NCBI GenBank assembly: GCA_040954595.2
Contig: CM082597.2
Location: 6,411,849 to 6,475,848 of the forward strand
Length of the DNA: 64,000 bases
Reading direction: 5' to 3'
From: Balanoglossus misakiensis
Taxonomy: Eukaryota > Animalia > Hemichordata
Positions 37,401 through 48,520 of this stretch are shown here, piece by piece (the first letter of the stretch is position 1; each line of letters starts with the position of its first letter). The position numbers and the translations under genes are program-made. Below the pieces are notes generated by a model. The model saw nothing but the letters and a program-made list of their open reading frames with translations. It was not told the DNA's origin and searched no databases.

Positions 37401-39920
37401 TAGAAGTTGTGTGTGGTCGAACATTGATTCACTATATATCCACATGTAGAATAACATATTATAAACAGTGTCTTGTATCAAACATAATTAATGGAAAAAG
37501 GGCAGTGAGAGAGAGAACTTTGTCCCTTTAATTTAAAGTTATAAAAGTTGTTACTCTGTAATCAAGCTGAGATATTTTGTCTATCTCATAAATTGTATGT
37601 TGTATTATCCATGACAGGTGAAAGACCTCACAGATGCAATATCTGTTGTAAAGCCTTCAGCACATCCAGTTCATTGAACACTCATCAAAGAATTCATTCA
37701 GGGGAGAAACCACATGTGTGCAACGTCTGTGGGAAACGATTTACAGCAAGTTCCAATCTCTACTATCATAAAATGACACATCAAAAGGTAAGTCTGCAAT
37801 TTACCCATGGGACACCCCTTGTCTCTGGTGTGTAGAGGTCCAATCTATTATTCGTTTGACTAAACCATTCTGGGAAACGATTTACAGCAAGTTCCAATCT
37901 CTACTACCATAAAATGACACATCAAAAGGTAAGTCTGCAGTAATAACCCTTGGGACACCCCTTGTCTCTGGTGTGTAGAGGTCCAATCTATTATTCACTT
38001 GACCAAACCATTCTGTTGAAAGGGTTTGGGGAACATGGGCTGACATATGTTTTTTTTTATATTTTGTCTTTGGTAATTGTGTGAAATGAACCCAAAATTA
38101 CAAGCTTCATGTAAATTCTTGGTCTTTTAACACCAGAAAGCATGTACCAGGAGAAAATATAGTTATAAAGCCCCACTAATCCATTAATTCCTGTGCCCTG
38201 TTCGAGAATCTCGTTCCGGATCTCGAAAACGGAGTATTGCCCTGCCAAGTGAACATACATTATTGGCCTCTTCCAACAGGAGAAACCTCACAAGTGTAGG
38301 CTCTGTTCCAAGTCCTTCCCGACTCCCGGAGATCTGAAATGTCACATGTACATACACAACGGATCCTGGCCTTACAAGTGTGGACTCTGTAACCGTGGTT
38401 TCAGTAAACAAACAAATCTCAGGAATCATCTCATGCTTCATACAGGTAAATATTTACTCTTTGCATCAATCCTTGGGTGATACCATTTTCCGATTGGTTT
38501 CACTGCGTGACAGGCTAAACGTATTTACATATTTTTCATGGGTTACAGCTCATGAAAACTGTCAATAGATGACAAAATTTTGACTTTGCTCCTGATTGTT
38601 TATCAACTGATGCAAAGTAAAAACAATAGCTACGCAAAACACCTAGTCTGTCGCCCAGTGACACCAATTGAAAGATGGTATCACCCACACCAAGTTGGGC
38701 GGAAGTTGGTCCTGGCGCTTTTTTCCCATGATTCAAATTAAAGTAAACGCCATATTCGAAATTCTGCCAACTTTCCCTCATCTTTTTAAAAAATCGCGCG
38801 ACTTATACATGGTGAACATGTATTTTTCTGAAAGAGTGACCTCAAAGCTACCAAATTATGTAGAAATCAGCTGGACCGGATTTCCCCTTTAATTCTCATT
38901 CAATTTTCATTAACATAGTACAGCCATAGTAATGAGTGATGCTCATAACCATTGGGAAAAGACCACCATTAATACCCATCTTTGTATTAAAAAAGTGTAT
39001 TCATGGCAAAAATAGCTTTTCCTGAACTCAACTTCAAAAAAACACTTTGAGAATTTATCACTTCTAAAACGACAATCACTGAAAGATAAAAATAAATCTT
39101 TAGTATGTAAATTTCTCTGTATGGTTGTAATACTTGCAGGGGAAAGACCTTATGAATGCAATCAGTGTGGGAAAAGATTTGCACTTCCTTGCAATTTAAA
39201 AGCCCATGTGAAGACCCATGATGGTATGTATGTCAAAATTAGTTTTGAAATTCAAGTGATTTCAGAACAGCACACTGCCTCATGGCATTGAATGTATACA
39301 CTTTTCATGACCAGAGTCTCTGGTTTAATGTGCATAAGACGAACGTCGACCTTTAAAATGAAATTGAATCCAAACTTTTAATCCATCTGTGGCATATTCA
39401 CAAACTAATCAATTTACAATTTGCGTAGGGATTTGTCAGATAAGTTTTATGTCTTGAAACACCACTGAATGACTTATTTTGAATTGCTGTTCATATTTCA
39501 GGGACAAAGATGTCAAGGTGCTCAACTTGCAACAAGACATGTCCCAGTTCTGAGCTGTCCAATCAGAATACCTGTAACAACTGTACACCTCCATTGACTT
39601 CAGCATCCAATCAAATTCCTCTTTACAAAGTGGAAGACATCGGTGCCGATTTCAAGAGCGAAAAACAGCGTGGTGAAGATTACATGTCTGGCAGAGCTCA
39701 CGTTGGAAATACTTTTCCAGAGAAGAAGTCAAGTTCTGATGCAACCAAGCAAATGTCATGTCTGCCTCCGTACACTTCATCGTCAAATCCAACCATTGCT
39801 CATCAAAATGGCCGATTTATCCAACAATGTTCGACTAACCTAAACGTTCAGGCCAATAGAAAACTTCATGAAATATCATCTCTCTCAGCTGGCATATTCA
39901 GCCAGTATTTTGCAAAATGA
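21948..39920 (+). CDS. PR/SET-domain, six-C2H2 zinc-finger (PRDM-like) transcription factor, 562 aa; join(21948..22169,34176..34311,34982..35161,35692..35819,36593..36776,37618..37787,38280..38445,39140..39223,39502..39920)
   Basis: PR motifs LGVFS, CNWVRFV, N(I)VA and [11 protein letters not shown]. Six C2H2 fingers with TGERP/SGEKP-type linkers and a C-terminal CxxC..CxxC. All introns GT-AG, 1689 nt in frame, with in-frame stops just upstream of the ATG. Confidence 0.9.
22350..22414. repeat. (GAT)n microsatellite
   Basis: About 21 GAT units in intron 1. Confidence 0.95.
23625..23719. mobile_element. 95-bp hairpin MITE with CAA...TTG ends and perfect 9-bp target duplication
   Basis: AGTGGTTCT at 23616-23624 and 23720-23728; arms CAATCTGATTAAAATCAGATGTAGGGAACGGCGACGTG. 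The same terminus recurs at ~63896-63917. Confidence 0.9.
27100..27512. mobile_element. TTAA MITE family D (AGCTCCATTAGCTG / AGGGACATTAGCTG-type ends)
   Basis: Related copies at ~30971-32735 (split by a Helentron-type insertion), ~33097-33312, ~36792-37128 and ~58280-58532; shared AAGTCCGGAC core. Confidence 0.7.
28791..28878. mobile_element. 88-bp hairpin MITE with TAG...CTA ends, related to 15023-15426
   Basis: TAGTCTAGTGTCTAGCTGTGTTTTGTC...GACAAAACACGGCTAGATACTAGACTA; flanks gtgtaccag/gtttacttg (6 of 9 identical). Confidence 0.7.
31011..32412. mobile_element. Helentron-associated non-autonomous element (HINE/DINE-1-like) with ~240-bp internal tandem repeats
   Basis: 5' palindromic subterminal repeat AGGGCACAAGC..GCTTGTGCCCT. 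3' GCTTGTGCCC followed by the stem-loop GCTGC-TT-GCAGC. Inserted in a T-run with no target duplication. About 3.6 repeats from ~31505. Confidence 0.75.
34176..34311 (+). CDS. PRDM-like exon 2 (PR domain)
   Basis: VRNGFGCFD...[25 protein letters not shown]; tttccag| and |gtaaga. Confidence 0.9.
34492..34790. repeat. Interspersed repeat, second copy at ~58993-59270
   Basis: Shared ATACAGT.AATGC.ATA...GTGTGCTGTCCTAACAA...TCGGAGATCA.GAAAAGACAGC...CAAAATTTGCAGA. Confidence 0.7.
34982..35161 (+). CDS. PRDM-like exon 3 (end of PR domain)
   Basis: [22 protein letters not shown]...; ttgcag| and |gtgagt. Confidence 0.9.
35465..35672. repeat. 104-bp tandem duplication (2 copies)
   Basis: GTCAAGTAAAACAATTTG...CTCTGAGTC starts at 35465 and 35569. 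Confidence 0.9.
35692..35819 (+). CDS. PRDM-like exon 4 (linker)
   Basis: tttcag|AT TAC AAG...ACT CAG|gtaaat; phase 1 to 0. Confidence 0.8.
36593..36776 (+). CDS. PRDM-like exon 5 (ZF1)
   Basis: ...[26 protein letters not shown]|gtatac. Confidence 0.92.
37618..37787 (+). CDS. PRDM-like exon 6 (ZF2-3)
   Basis: [57 protein letters not shown]|gtaagt. Confidence 0.95.
37730..38012. repeat. 141-bp tandem duplication spanning the exon 6 end and its donor site
   Basis: TGGGAAACGATTTACAGC... starts at 37730 and 37871; second AAG|GTAAGT at 37928/37929. Confidence 0.9.
38280..38445 (+). CDS. PRDM-like exon 7 (ZF4-5)
   Basis: [55 protein letters not shown]|gtaaat. Confidence 0.95.
39140..39223 (+). 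CDS. PRDM-like exon 8 (ZF6)
   Basis: [28 protein letters not shown]|gtatgt. Confidence 0.95.
39502..39920 (+). CDS. PRDM-like exon 9 (C-terminus, stop)
   Basis: tttcag|GG ACA AAG ATG...; CSTCNK...CNNC, ends QYFAK*. Confidence 0.85.
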
Positions 39921-41357
39921 AATCTAGGAGACGAGTGTACTATACTCCGTTTTCATATTTAAGAGAGCATCTTTCCAAAACGACACGAAAAACAAGGCCA
40001 GTATGTCACCGAGTAAAAAACTTTATCGTCTTTTGTATCATCGCTATAGTTGGGACCGATGTTCGAAAGCCACATTTTATTGTACGGTAAATTTTACATT
40101 CAACTTGTATCATGTAAACAACAAACCAGACGACCTCGATCAGTACTCCGTGACCTACTGGCCTCGTTTTCGCGCTGTTGGCTTGGCGATGATGCCATCT
40201 TTTGGAAGGGCGCCCTCTCTATGAAAAAGGCGTATTGGGTTGGTGCTCTCAGGAATGAAACATCTCTTTTTGATTTGGAAATTCAACCACAGAGAGAATC
40301 ATATTATTGGTTGATGACCACACTCCACTGAATCTCTTTGTATCTGTGTTTCTGAGTGTAATGTTCTCCTCTTTCTCCAAAGGGGTAGCAAAGAACACTA
40401 CGATGATGTTTGGAACGAAACACTGAACTTTATTGCAAAACGGCCATCAGCCTAGAAACTGCAACATATTTCTCCGCATGTGAAGCGGTCACAGTTCACT
40501 CTCACGTATACATGGGCGTACAAACTGTAGTCCCCCCAAAATCATCACACTGAGATATATTTTTTAAAGGCATTTCCAAATCTAATTTTTCAGGAAATTA
40601 ACTTTTAACATTCCCATTTCCAATCTGTATTGTGCAATCACCTCTGTACAGTTTTTAACATAAACATGATAGATATATATTTATCCTATTTGGTTTAAAT
40701 GGGATGAACTTTGATTTCATTCCAATAACACAGGAGAAATGTCCTATGCAACAAGCAATGTACAGACATGTTAATCGCATTCATAAGAATTGAAAACAAA
40801 GACTAATATACCAGAAAGCAGAAATTCATAGAAAACAACAGAAGTAAAAATTTGCGTGTTATGAATCTTTCCAGCAATAACAACCAATACATGTTGTGTT
40901 GTTGTTTGTTTTTGGGGGGCAGGGCAGGAGGACAAAAAGCAAGCATTGTATCGAAGAAACAAATAAGTTTCACATGTATATTGTTATTGTTTGTAAAAGA
41001 AAGATTTTATCGCTTACGTACATTTTCTATGAAAAAAAAACCTGAAATTGTTAGACACAAACCAACTTTTCTGTTTGTGTGAAATTTGACTTTAATTTCA
41101 TAAGTTTTTATCATATATTTTTTTTAACGTGGTGGAATATATATTTTTTATGACTAACTACATCTCAATTTTTTTCAATATTATAAACTTTAAGGATTTT
41201 TGAGACCGGAAAAATATTTTATTGTATTTTAACTATTTGTTTACATTTGACTATGAGTAACATAACCATAATTATTTTTGTGGAATTTGTTGTCAAGTTA
41301 GAATAGAATTAGTTTTAAAGATGACATGACAATGGGGTCACACCTCTGAACTTGGAT

Positions 41358-41450
41358 TAACCCTTTCACCCCCATTTCCCTATTAAGAGGTCCGACCTTG
41401 TCATAGAAAACAATGCTCTTGGACTGAACCATGGTGGTGAAAGGGTTTAA
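41358..41450. mobile_element. ~90-bp piggyBac-like mini-MITE (TTAA|CCCTTTCACC...GGTGAAAGGG)
   Basis: Further copies at ~44428-44518, ~52220-52300, ~58786-58876 and a fragment at ~58904. Confidence 0.7.
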
Positions 41451-42204
41451 GAAAGCAACATACTGTACATGCATTCAAGAAATTCCCGAATAATGTTAAT
41501 TTTTTTTCCACTTGATTCCAACAGTTTCAGTGACCTGTGCTTTCTTTTAACAATCACATGTGTTTACTCCAGAGATTTTGTTGAATGTTTATGATATGTA
41601 TTTAATCGTTGTTTTTTTGTCACAGTATACAGTATATACTTCAATATACCTAACTGTTTCATAACTTCAGCAAAACACTGCAATGACAAGTTTTGCATCC
41701 ACAAAGTATGTTTATTGACCATACACCCTGAATCATTAGCCATATACTTAGTATAGATAAACCTACAACTTAGGAATACCTGTCAGATTTCACAGTACAA
41801 CTCAATACAACTGTCTTACAGTATTGTTATTTCAATTTGTGATATTAAGAGACTGACATGTATTTCTTTTAAATATACCGGTACATAGAATATATCTTAC
41901 AGCTTCACTGTAGTATAAACGATATTTTTATTTAGAAATTTTATTCACAAAAAAATCCAATTTCTATTTATAAAAATTAACCATTTTAACCAGTACAATC
42001 TGTATCAGTATTATCACATTTTCTTGTATTTGTAACAACTGTGGTTGATTCTAAGACGAATGATCTTCAAGCAATGAACTTCAGATCACAAAATGCAACA
42101 CCAAGCAGTGCCTAACAATTTTGTGGTCAAATTCCAGGCACACACCATCCAGAGGTCGCGTTTACGCAAAAAGTATGCATATTTGACGCAAAAAATGCTT
42201 AGTT

Positions 42205-43628
42205 TAATAATAACATGAAAATCTTATTCAGTGCATGAATATTGACGCATAGGAACTGGCCGATCTAGTTGCACAATGGTCAACGCAAAACGTACGTGTA
42301 CCGGTGTTGTGCCAGATATGGCCCCTGCTGAGTACGTCCCCGCGCATGCGTTGACAAACAAACACCTTATCCCTAAGAAGCCATGTTTTGTTTGTCAACG
42401 CATGCGTGGCGTATTCGGCAAGGGGACGAATTCGGCACAACACCGTCTGACTATGTCTAAATATAGCACAGTGGGATCGGAAATCAACCACTAGTGCGCG
42501 TGAACTTTTCTACTCATCAAAATGTATGACAGAACTTCATGACCTCTGCGCGCGATCTGTGCAATATGGATTTTATTTTCATGAGTGAGAAGGTGTATTC
42601 TTCCGAGTATTTTTGCGAGCGATAGCGAGTAAAAATGCAGAAGAATACACCTTCTCACGAGTGAAAATAACATCCATATTGCACAGATCGCGCGCAGAGG
42701 TCATGAAGTTCTGTTATTATTGCATATGTTTCCCCAGATTTGACGAAAATCAAAGTTTCGATCGTGGCGTATTGATTTTCATTACAGTGATGCGCCAAAG
42801 GCTATGCAACCCAGAGAAGGCCGCTCATTGGCCAAAATGACGCAACCTTTGTTATGCAAAGAAGGGTCATGTGGGGTCATTCCAACAGTGGGTTACCTGA
42901 GGTCGTGAGAACGCAGTGATAAATTTTGAAACACTGGCGATAGCGAGAGATTTTCGTAATTTTCGAGGTTCTAAAACACACTGACAACTAAATGTTCTGT
43001 TATTCTGACGATAGTTGGGAAGGATAATAAAACAACGTGCCAGAATGTTGAAAAATCCGCATGTTTCGGCGATCATGTTGGCTCATTTCATCGGTGGTTT
43101 AGCTCAGGTCGCAAGATAGCATCGGCAGTATTTGAGAAACTGGCGATAGCGAGGGATATTCCGAGGTTCCCAAACATACTGCCAATTAATGTTTTGCTAT
43201 TCTGACAAAATTTGGGAAGGATAAGACAATGACGTCTCCGAATGTTGAAAATTCCCCACGTTTCGGCGATCATACTCCAGCTCTGCCGACGGCGTTCAAT
43301 GTTTACAAACAAAACGTAGTCCGGCTTGTTTTTACTCATTTGCATATAGGTTGTGAAAAATACCACTTTGTCACGCGCACAACTAAAACAACAATCGGCT
43401 TTTTTGCGACTGAAATAAAACTTTTGTTATATCCTCCGGAGGTTTATATGAACTCCAAGTGATTGTGTAACAGAACGAGGGTTAAACTTTGAAAGATACG
43501 ATCGATTGAAGGGGAAATGGGGGATCTTATTCTTCGGGATGCTCATTTGCATATGAGCTCGCAAAAATACCAGAATTATTATTGCACGGCCCGCTTAGAA
43601 TACTGTAGTACATATGCAATAATAGCTA
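42205..43628. mobile_element. Non-autonomous element with a large internal hairpin and subterminal inverted repeat (Crypton-like)
   Basis: ~90-bp inverted arms at 42530-42713 around GCGAGCGATAGCGAG. ATTATTGCATATG (~42716) pairs with CATATGCAATAAT (43611). Smaller hairpin at ~42340-42410 and internal duplicates at ~42880-43080 / ~43090-43275. Confidence 0.5.
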
Positions 43629-44045
43629 ATATTGTTTGATGAACATTGAACTAGACATGTGTACAACGCAGGCTTATAGAAGTTTGACGCAGCTTTTTCG
43701 ATGAATGCGTCAAAAATACAGACACAACAAAATGTGACCGCGACCTCTGCATGCAGTGCCTAACAATTTTGTGGCCAAATTTCAGGCACACTCCAATATT
43801 TCCATTTACATTCTCATATCTGCTCAACAGATGCATATCTGACAAACACATGAGATAACCTTAATTGTGTGAATTAATCCAGCCACTGGGCCTTTAAATG
43901 TTTAGGTTTTTTGTTTACTGTTAAAACCAATATGGTGATCACCTAATGACTGTCAAACATCATTGACATTATCCTGATTACTGTGATAGAAGAATGGTGG
44001 GTAGCCAGTTTGGTGCATACTTCTATTACTACTGGGTTTTTTTAA

Positions 44046-44388
44046 GAGACTAGTCTCTCTCTCGCTGCCCCTTTCCACTAATTATGTTTGATACAAGACA
44101 CCGTTTATGTTATTCTACATGTGGATATATAGTGAATCAATGTTTGTCCACACACAACTTCCATCCCGCTTGTAGACACGAGAGTGAAAAACTCGCCAAA
44201 ATGAATAATAAGTCTCTGCCATTTATTCATTTGGCGAGATTTTTACTCTCATATCATACAAGTGGGATAAAAGTTGTGTGTGGTTGAACATTGATTCACT
44301 ACATATCCACATGTAGAATGACATAAACGGTGTCTTGTATCAAACATAATTAATGGAAAAAGGGCAGTGAGAGAGAGACTTTGTCCCT
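44046..44388. mobile_element. TTAA MITE family A copy
   Basis: Near-complete palindrome with family A inverted repeats. Confidence 0.85.
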
Positions 44389-44783
44389 TTAATTGATTTG
44401 ATTCCCTTGATAACACAGGTTCTTACACACCCTTTCACCACCATGGTTCAGTCCAAACCTATTGTTTTCTATGGTAATGTTTGACCTCTAAATAGAGAAC
44501 TGGGGGTGAAAGGGTTAAACTTTGAAGTAAAGTTGATTTAATTGAATATATTATTCAGTGTTAGGGTTTTTTTTATTTAGTTTTTTGACCTTTTGACAAG
44601 TCAGATGTAAATGTTAACATTTGACATGCTTTGTACTGTCTTTCTTACAAATTTTGGACAAATTAATATACATATTAATAAAAAACTGATTTACTAAACC
44701 TGTTGTGAACTAATTTGCGTTGCTAGTGCCATACCACAAGTGTGAGTGTTTTGTTCAACCAGACTACTATATATGTAAGTATA

Positions 44784-45040
44784 TATCAATCAATCAATCA
44801 ATCAACAAAATTAGTTTATATAGCACCCAAATCCAAAACAAGAAATTTTGCCCAATGACGCTCATGGTAAAACCACACTGTATGCTCCTTTGAACATATG
44901 AGTTTTAAGTTTTCTTTTGAAAGTCTCCAGGTTTGTAGATTCCCTGATGTCAAGAGGCAGTGCGTTCCACAGTTTAGGGGCTGCATAAGAGAAGGCACAG
45001 CTGCCATAGGTTTCGTTTTTGTAGGATGTGCATGTTAAAA
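44784..45040 (-). mobile_element. L2-clade LINE 3' end with (TTGA)n tail
   Basis: Minus strand reads TYGSCAFSYAAPKLWNALPLDIRESTNLETFKRKLKTHMF, followed by a short UTR and a TTGA-repeat tail. Confidence 0.85.
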
Positions 45041-48000
45041 GATTGTGTTACTTCAAGCCTCAGTATTTTTCTTCCATCTATCAACTCTGCTTTCTTTCTC
45101 TAGATTTTGATGTTTGTCCCAAGTTTAGCAGCATGGACTACTTAATAATGAATACAGCGCCCCCACATGCAGTTCTGATTATTTTCCTCTAAATTACAAC
45201 ATTTACGCGACTTTTTTATTTCCAAGTTTTTATGGCACTCGCGTATTTATTGCTCTCGAAAATAACCCGTTTTACAGTATCTCTTTCAACTGAGACTTTC
45301 AACTAATGAGGGCGCAATTCGAGTCCCCGAACAAAACTTCAAGTTGTGTTCGTGGTCAATACTGAGTGGGGCAATGCTTTGATTAGCGATGATGTGGTGG
45401 CAGATTGGTGACATGGCAAATGTATACGTACATTTACCCACACCTTATATATCCTCGAGGGTTTGTGCTTATAGTGATGAAGTTGCAAAGCCGTTTGGAG
45501 TAGACTTGGTTTTGGAAATTCTTGTAACTTAAAACTGGTCACAAAAAATCCTCGAATATTACGATCGTGTTCTGAATCATTCTGAATTGATCCTCTGTAC
45601 ACCGAAAAACGTAGGAAACCCAATATGCCTATATTTAACATAAAATTGTTCAGACCTAGCCTCGCGTTGTGCGAGATATACGAGCGAAAACCCGGCAGTT
45701 ATTTCGGGTAAAGAACGCAAACACCTTATAATATAAAGGACACTTTGCGCGTGATGTCGAACTTGTGTAACTCAAAAACGGATAATCAAAATTCGCAAAA
45801 TGTTCACACATTCACCTGTACTGAACATTCTCAGAAACAGTGTCTGTGTCAGAATTTTTCTCATTTTCTTATAATTATATTTATCGCAATTTAAATTAAT
45901 TAATGACAAAACGGGTCTTAAATTTAGCCAACAATATGTATTTTAAAAATCGTAGATTTGATTTTTGCAGATATACCTACTGTCTATCATGTTTTTTTGG
46001 ACGTATCAGCCTACTTGATATAGCCTACACATGAGTTTAAGATCATTTTGCTAAAACGACTATCGACTGTACCCGGCAACAGTTACAGATTTTCGCTTGA
46101 TGTAAACTTTCCCAAATCCATATTTTTAAGAAGATGCCAAACAAGCAAACTGAAGTACAATTTGGGCCGGGAGACAAATTATCGAGAGTCCGATTCCTTA
46201 TATATGGAGACACGTTTCGGACACTAGTACTGACATGCAGGTTTTTTCGCACAAAGATGCACATTATGAAAATATAGGGGGCTAATTACTTTTAGCGGAT
46301 TCTGATCCCGATAATTAACTTAACAGAGAAATATTTATTTAAAAGATTGAATTTCTTAGGTTGCATTCTTAAATAAAGCTGTACATAGTAGGCCCTACTG
46401 GTGACACTGTAACTCGGAGACATTCTCTTTATCGGAAGAAACCTGTTTGGGAGACAAAGTCGGACCCCGATTCTTCATCTTGGAGACAAGTTTCGGACAG
46501 GGTGTTAATCAAACGCATATACTGTATATACTGTGGTATTTAGGCAAATGGTCAAAGTTGTTTTCTGCCCTTTTTGGATATCGTATTAGGCCTACAGTGT
46601 GCAAGTTGTAAGCTTCAACGACCTGAAGTGCACGTTTTAGGCGTGGCGCGCCGCTTAGAAAAACTCCCGTATCTTCAGGTCAGGGCCAGTACTAGATTTG
46701 TTGCGCATATAACATGTATAAGTGTATTGTGCATTCAAACTATACGTTTCCCGATTTGGAAAGTTCTCCAGAATTCCACATTCCAATAGGCGATGCATGA
46801 CTGCCGTGCAATAAGATGGGGCGAATTTTACCAGGTTCTTCGATCAATGGTGAGAGTTTTTCCCGATGAAGAGAACATGTCGGTTGAACATTGATGTATC
46901 TTGATAGCTGATAGACCTACACCAGTCGGGCACCACATTTTCCCCATCAAACGAATACACAGTTAGGCCTACTGAACTGTAGTCGTTCAAATCTTCAAAT
47001 TATAACGATACATACAGTCCAACCACGAACGCCATCTTTAATTTAAAGAAAACGCATAACGAAAATGTTAAAATAACCCAGTGCAGTCCATCATGCGGAA
47101 CACTTTCATCACAAGAATTATTGGTATACTGTTATGATTGAAATGTTTTCAAATCATTTTATGTAGAAACTAGGTCATATTTATTCAAGATTATAAAATT
47201 AAATTACACAAACAATAAGCTTCTGTAGAATCATGGAAACTGTCCTGTTTTGGCAAAGCGGTGATTGGTAGTGGTAAAATCACGCATGTCGAATGTTCAA
47301 ACAGAAAATGAAAGATACCTACAATAAGTACAACTTAGAAATTTCGCTTTGTAGAAAATGAATCCCAAAGTCATGAAAATGAAAGAGTTCGCTAAACTGC
47401 GTACAAGTAAGACAAGTCCAACCAAAGCAAACACTGGAAACGTATTAGCGAAAGATAAGAATGCTTACATTGAACTACTAAATTTGTTTTAATCTTTAAT
47501 GAGAAATACAAAATGACATAAAATACGCACGCTAAAACCACAAACCATACGACCAGCGACTATGCATGCAAGCCTAACTGCTAAATCTGGGGAAAATGTA
47601 AAACGGTATACGTACCATAATTGGCTACGCTACTCAAAGTCATCTCTATTGAAGTGATTCTGCCAACTCCCTCCCTGGTTAAGTGTGAGTAATTCTCCAC
47701 GGCCAATTTTGTTTACACAATCTGGATGATGTCTCTTATAAAGTAAATTTAAGCGCCTATTTTATTGACTAAATGTTGTTCGATCAGATCATAAGATTGG
47801 CCTATCTAACTAGTTTCGTTCATTCTTGAATCAGAATGGTAAATGGCCTATGTGTACTGTCATTAATTATTATATTTTCAAGATCACGGTCACTGGCACC
47901 ACATTTAATCACTTGTATACTCCTGCCAAGACCAAGACCACAGACGCTCTTTTTGATTTTGGAAATTCATACATGGTAGTACAATCATGGTTGGTCCACA

Positions 48001-48356
48001 TTAGGCTAATGGTATGAGTTCAGTACCTGAGAAGGTACCATGTACCTGAGCTGCACTGTGCGCCGTTGAGGGCACGCAGAGAGCCGTGCGCTCCGCGGGG
48101 ACGCTTGTGCTTTTGTGACCGCGCGGTGTTTGAAGGTCACCGCAGTTGGCCGGAAGTCCTTCGGACGCTGATCTTGTTGACAGAAGTGCTGGGACCAAAG
48201 ATCATGGCATAACCCGAGTTGACACTCGTACTCGCGATCGACGAAACTGCTAGTGTTTCTCGTCCATGAAAGTTGTCTGTGATCGGAGTCACTCTGTTTT
48301 TAGCGTGGCGGTCCTGATCGCCAGACTTTGGAATTAATTGTTGTTGTTCTTCGAAA

Positions 48357-48520
48357 ATGTTCATTGCTTTGAGTGGAGTGTGTGGGACAGCTGACTTGGC
48401 CAACAGAGGACCACTTCATTGGCGAGGGTACTCTCCAAGTTTGCTTGTTCTTCTGTGTTTATTGTCGTCAACTTTTGCTGGAGCTGGTGATCGTGGCAAC
48501 ATCGGGGTGGAAGTACAGAG
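48357..48520 (+). CDS. VWCE-like exon 1 (signal peptide)
   Basis: MFIALSG...[29 protein letters not shown]|gtatgt; phase 2 matches exon 2. CpG-rich upstream region ~48040-48320. Confidence 0.75.
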
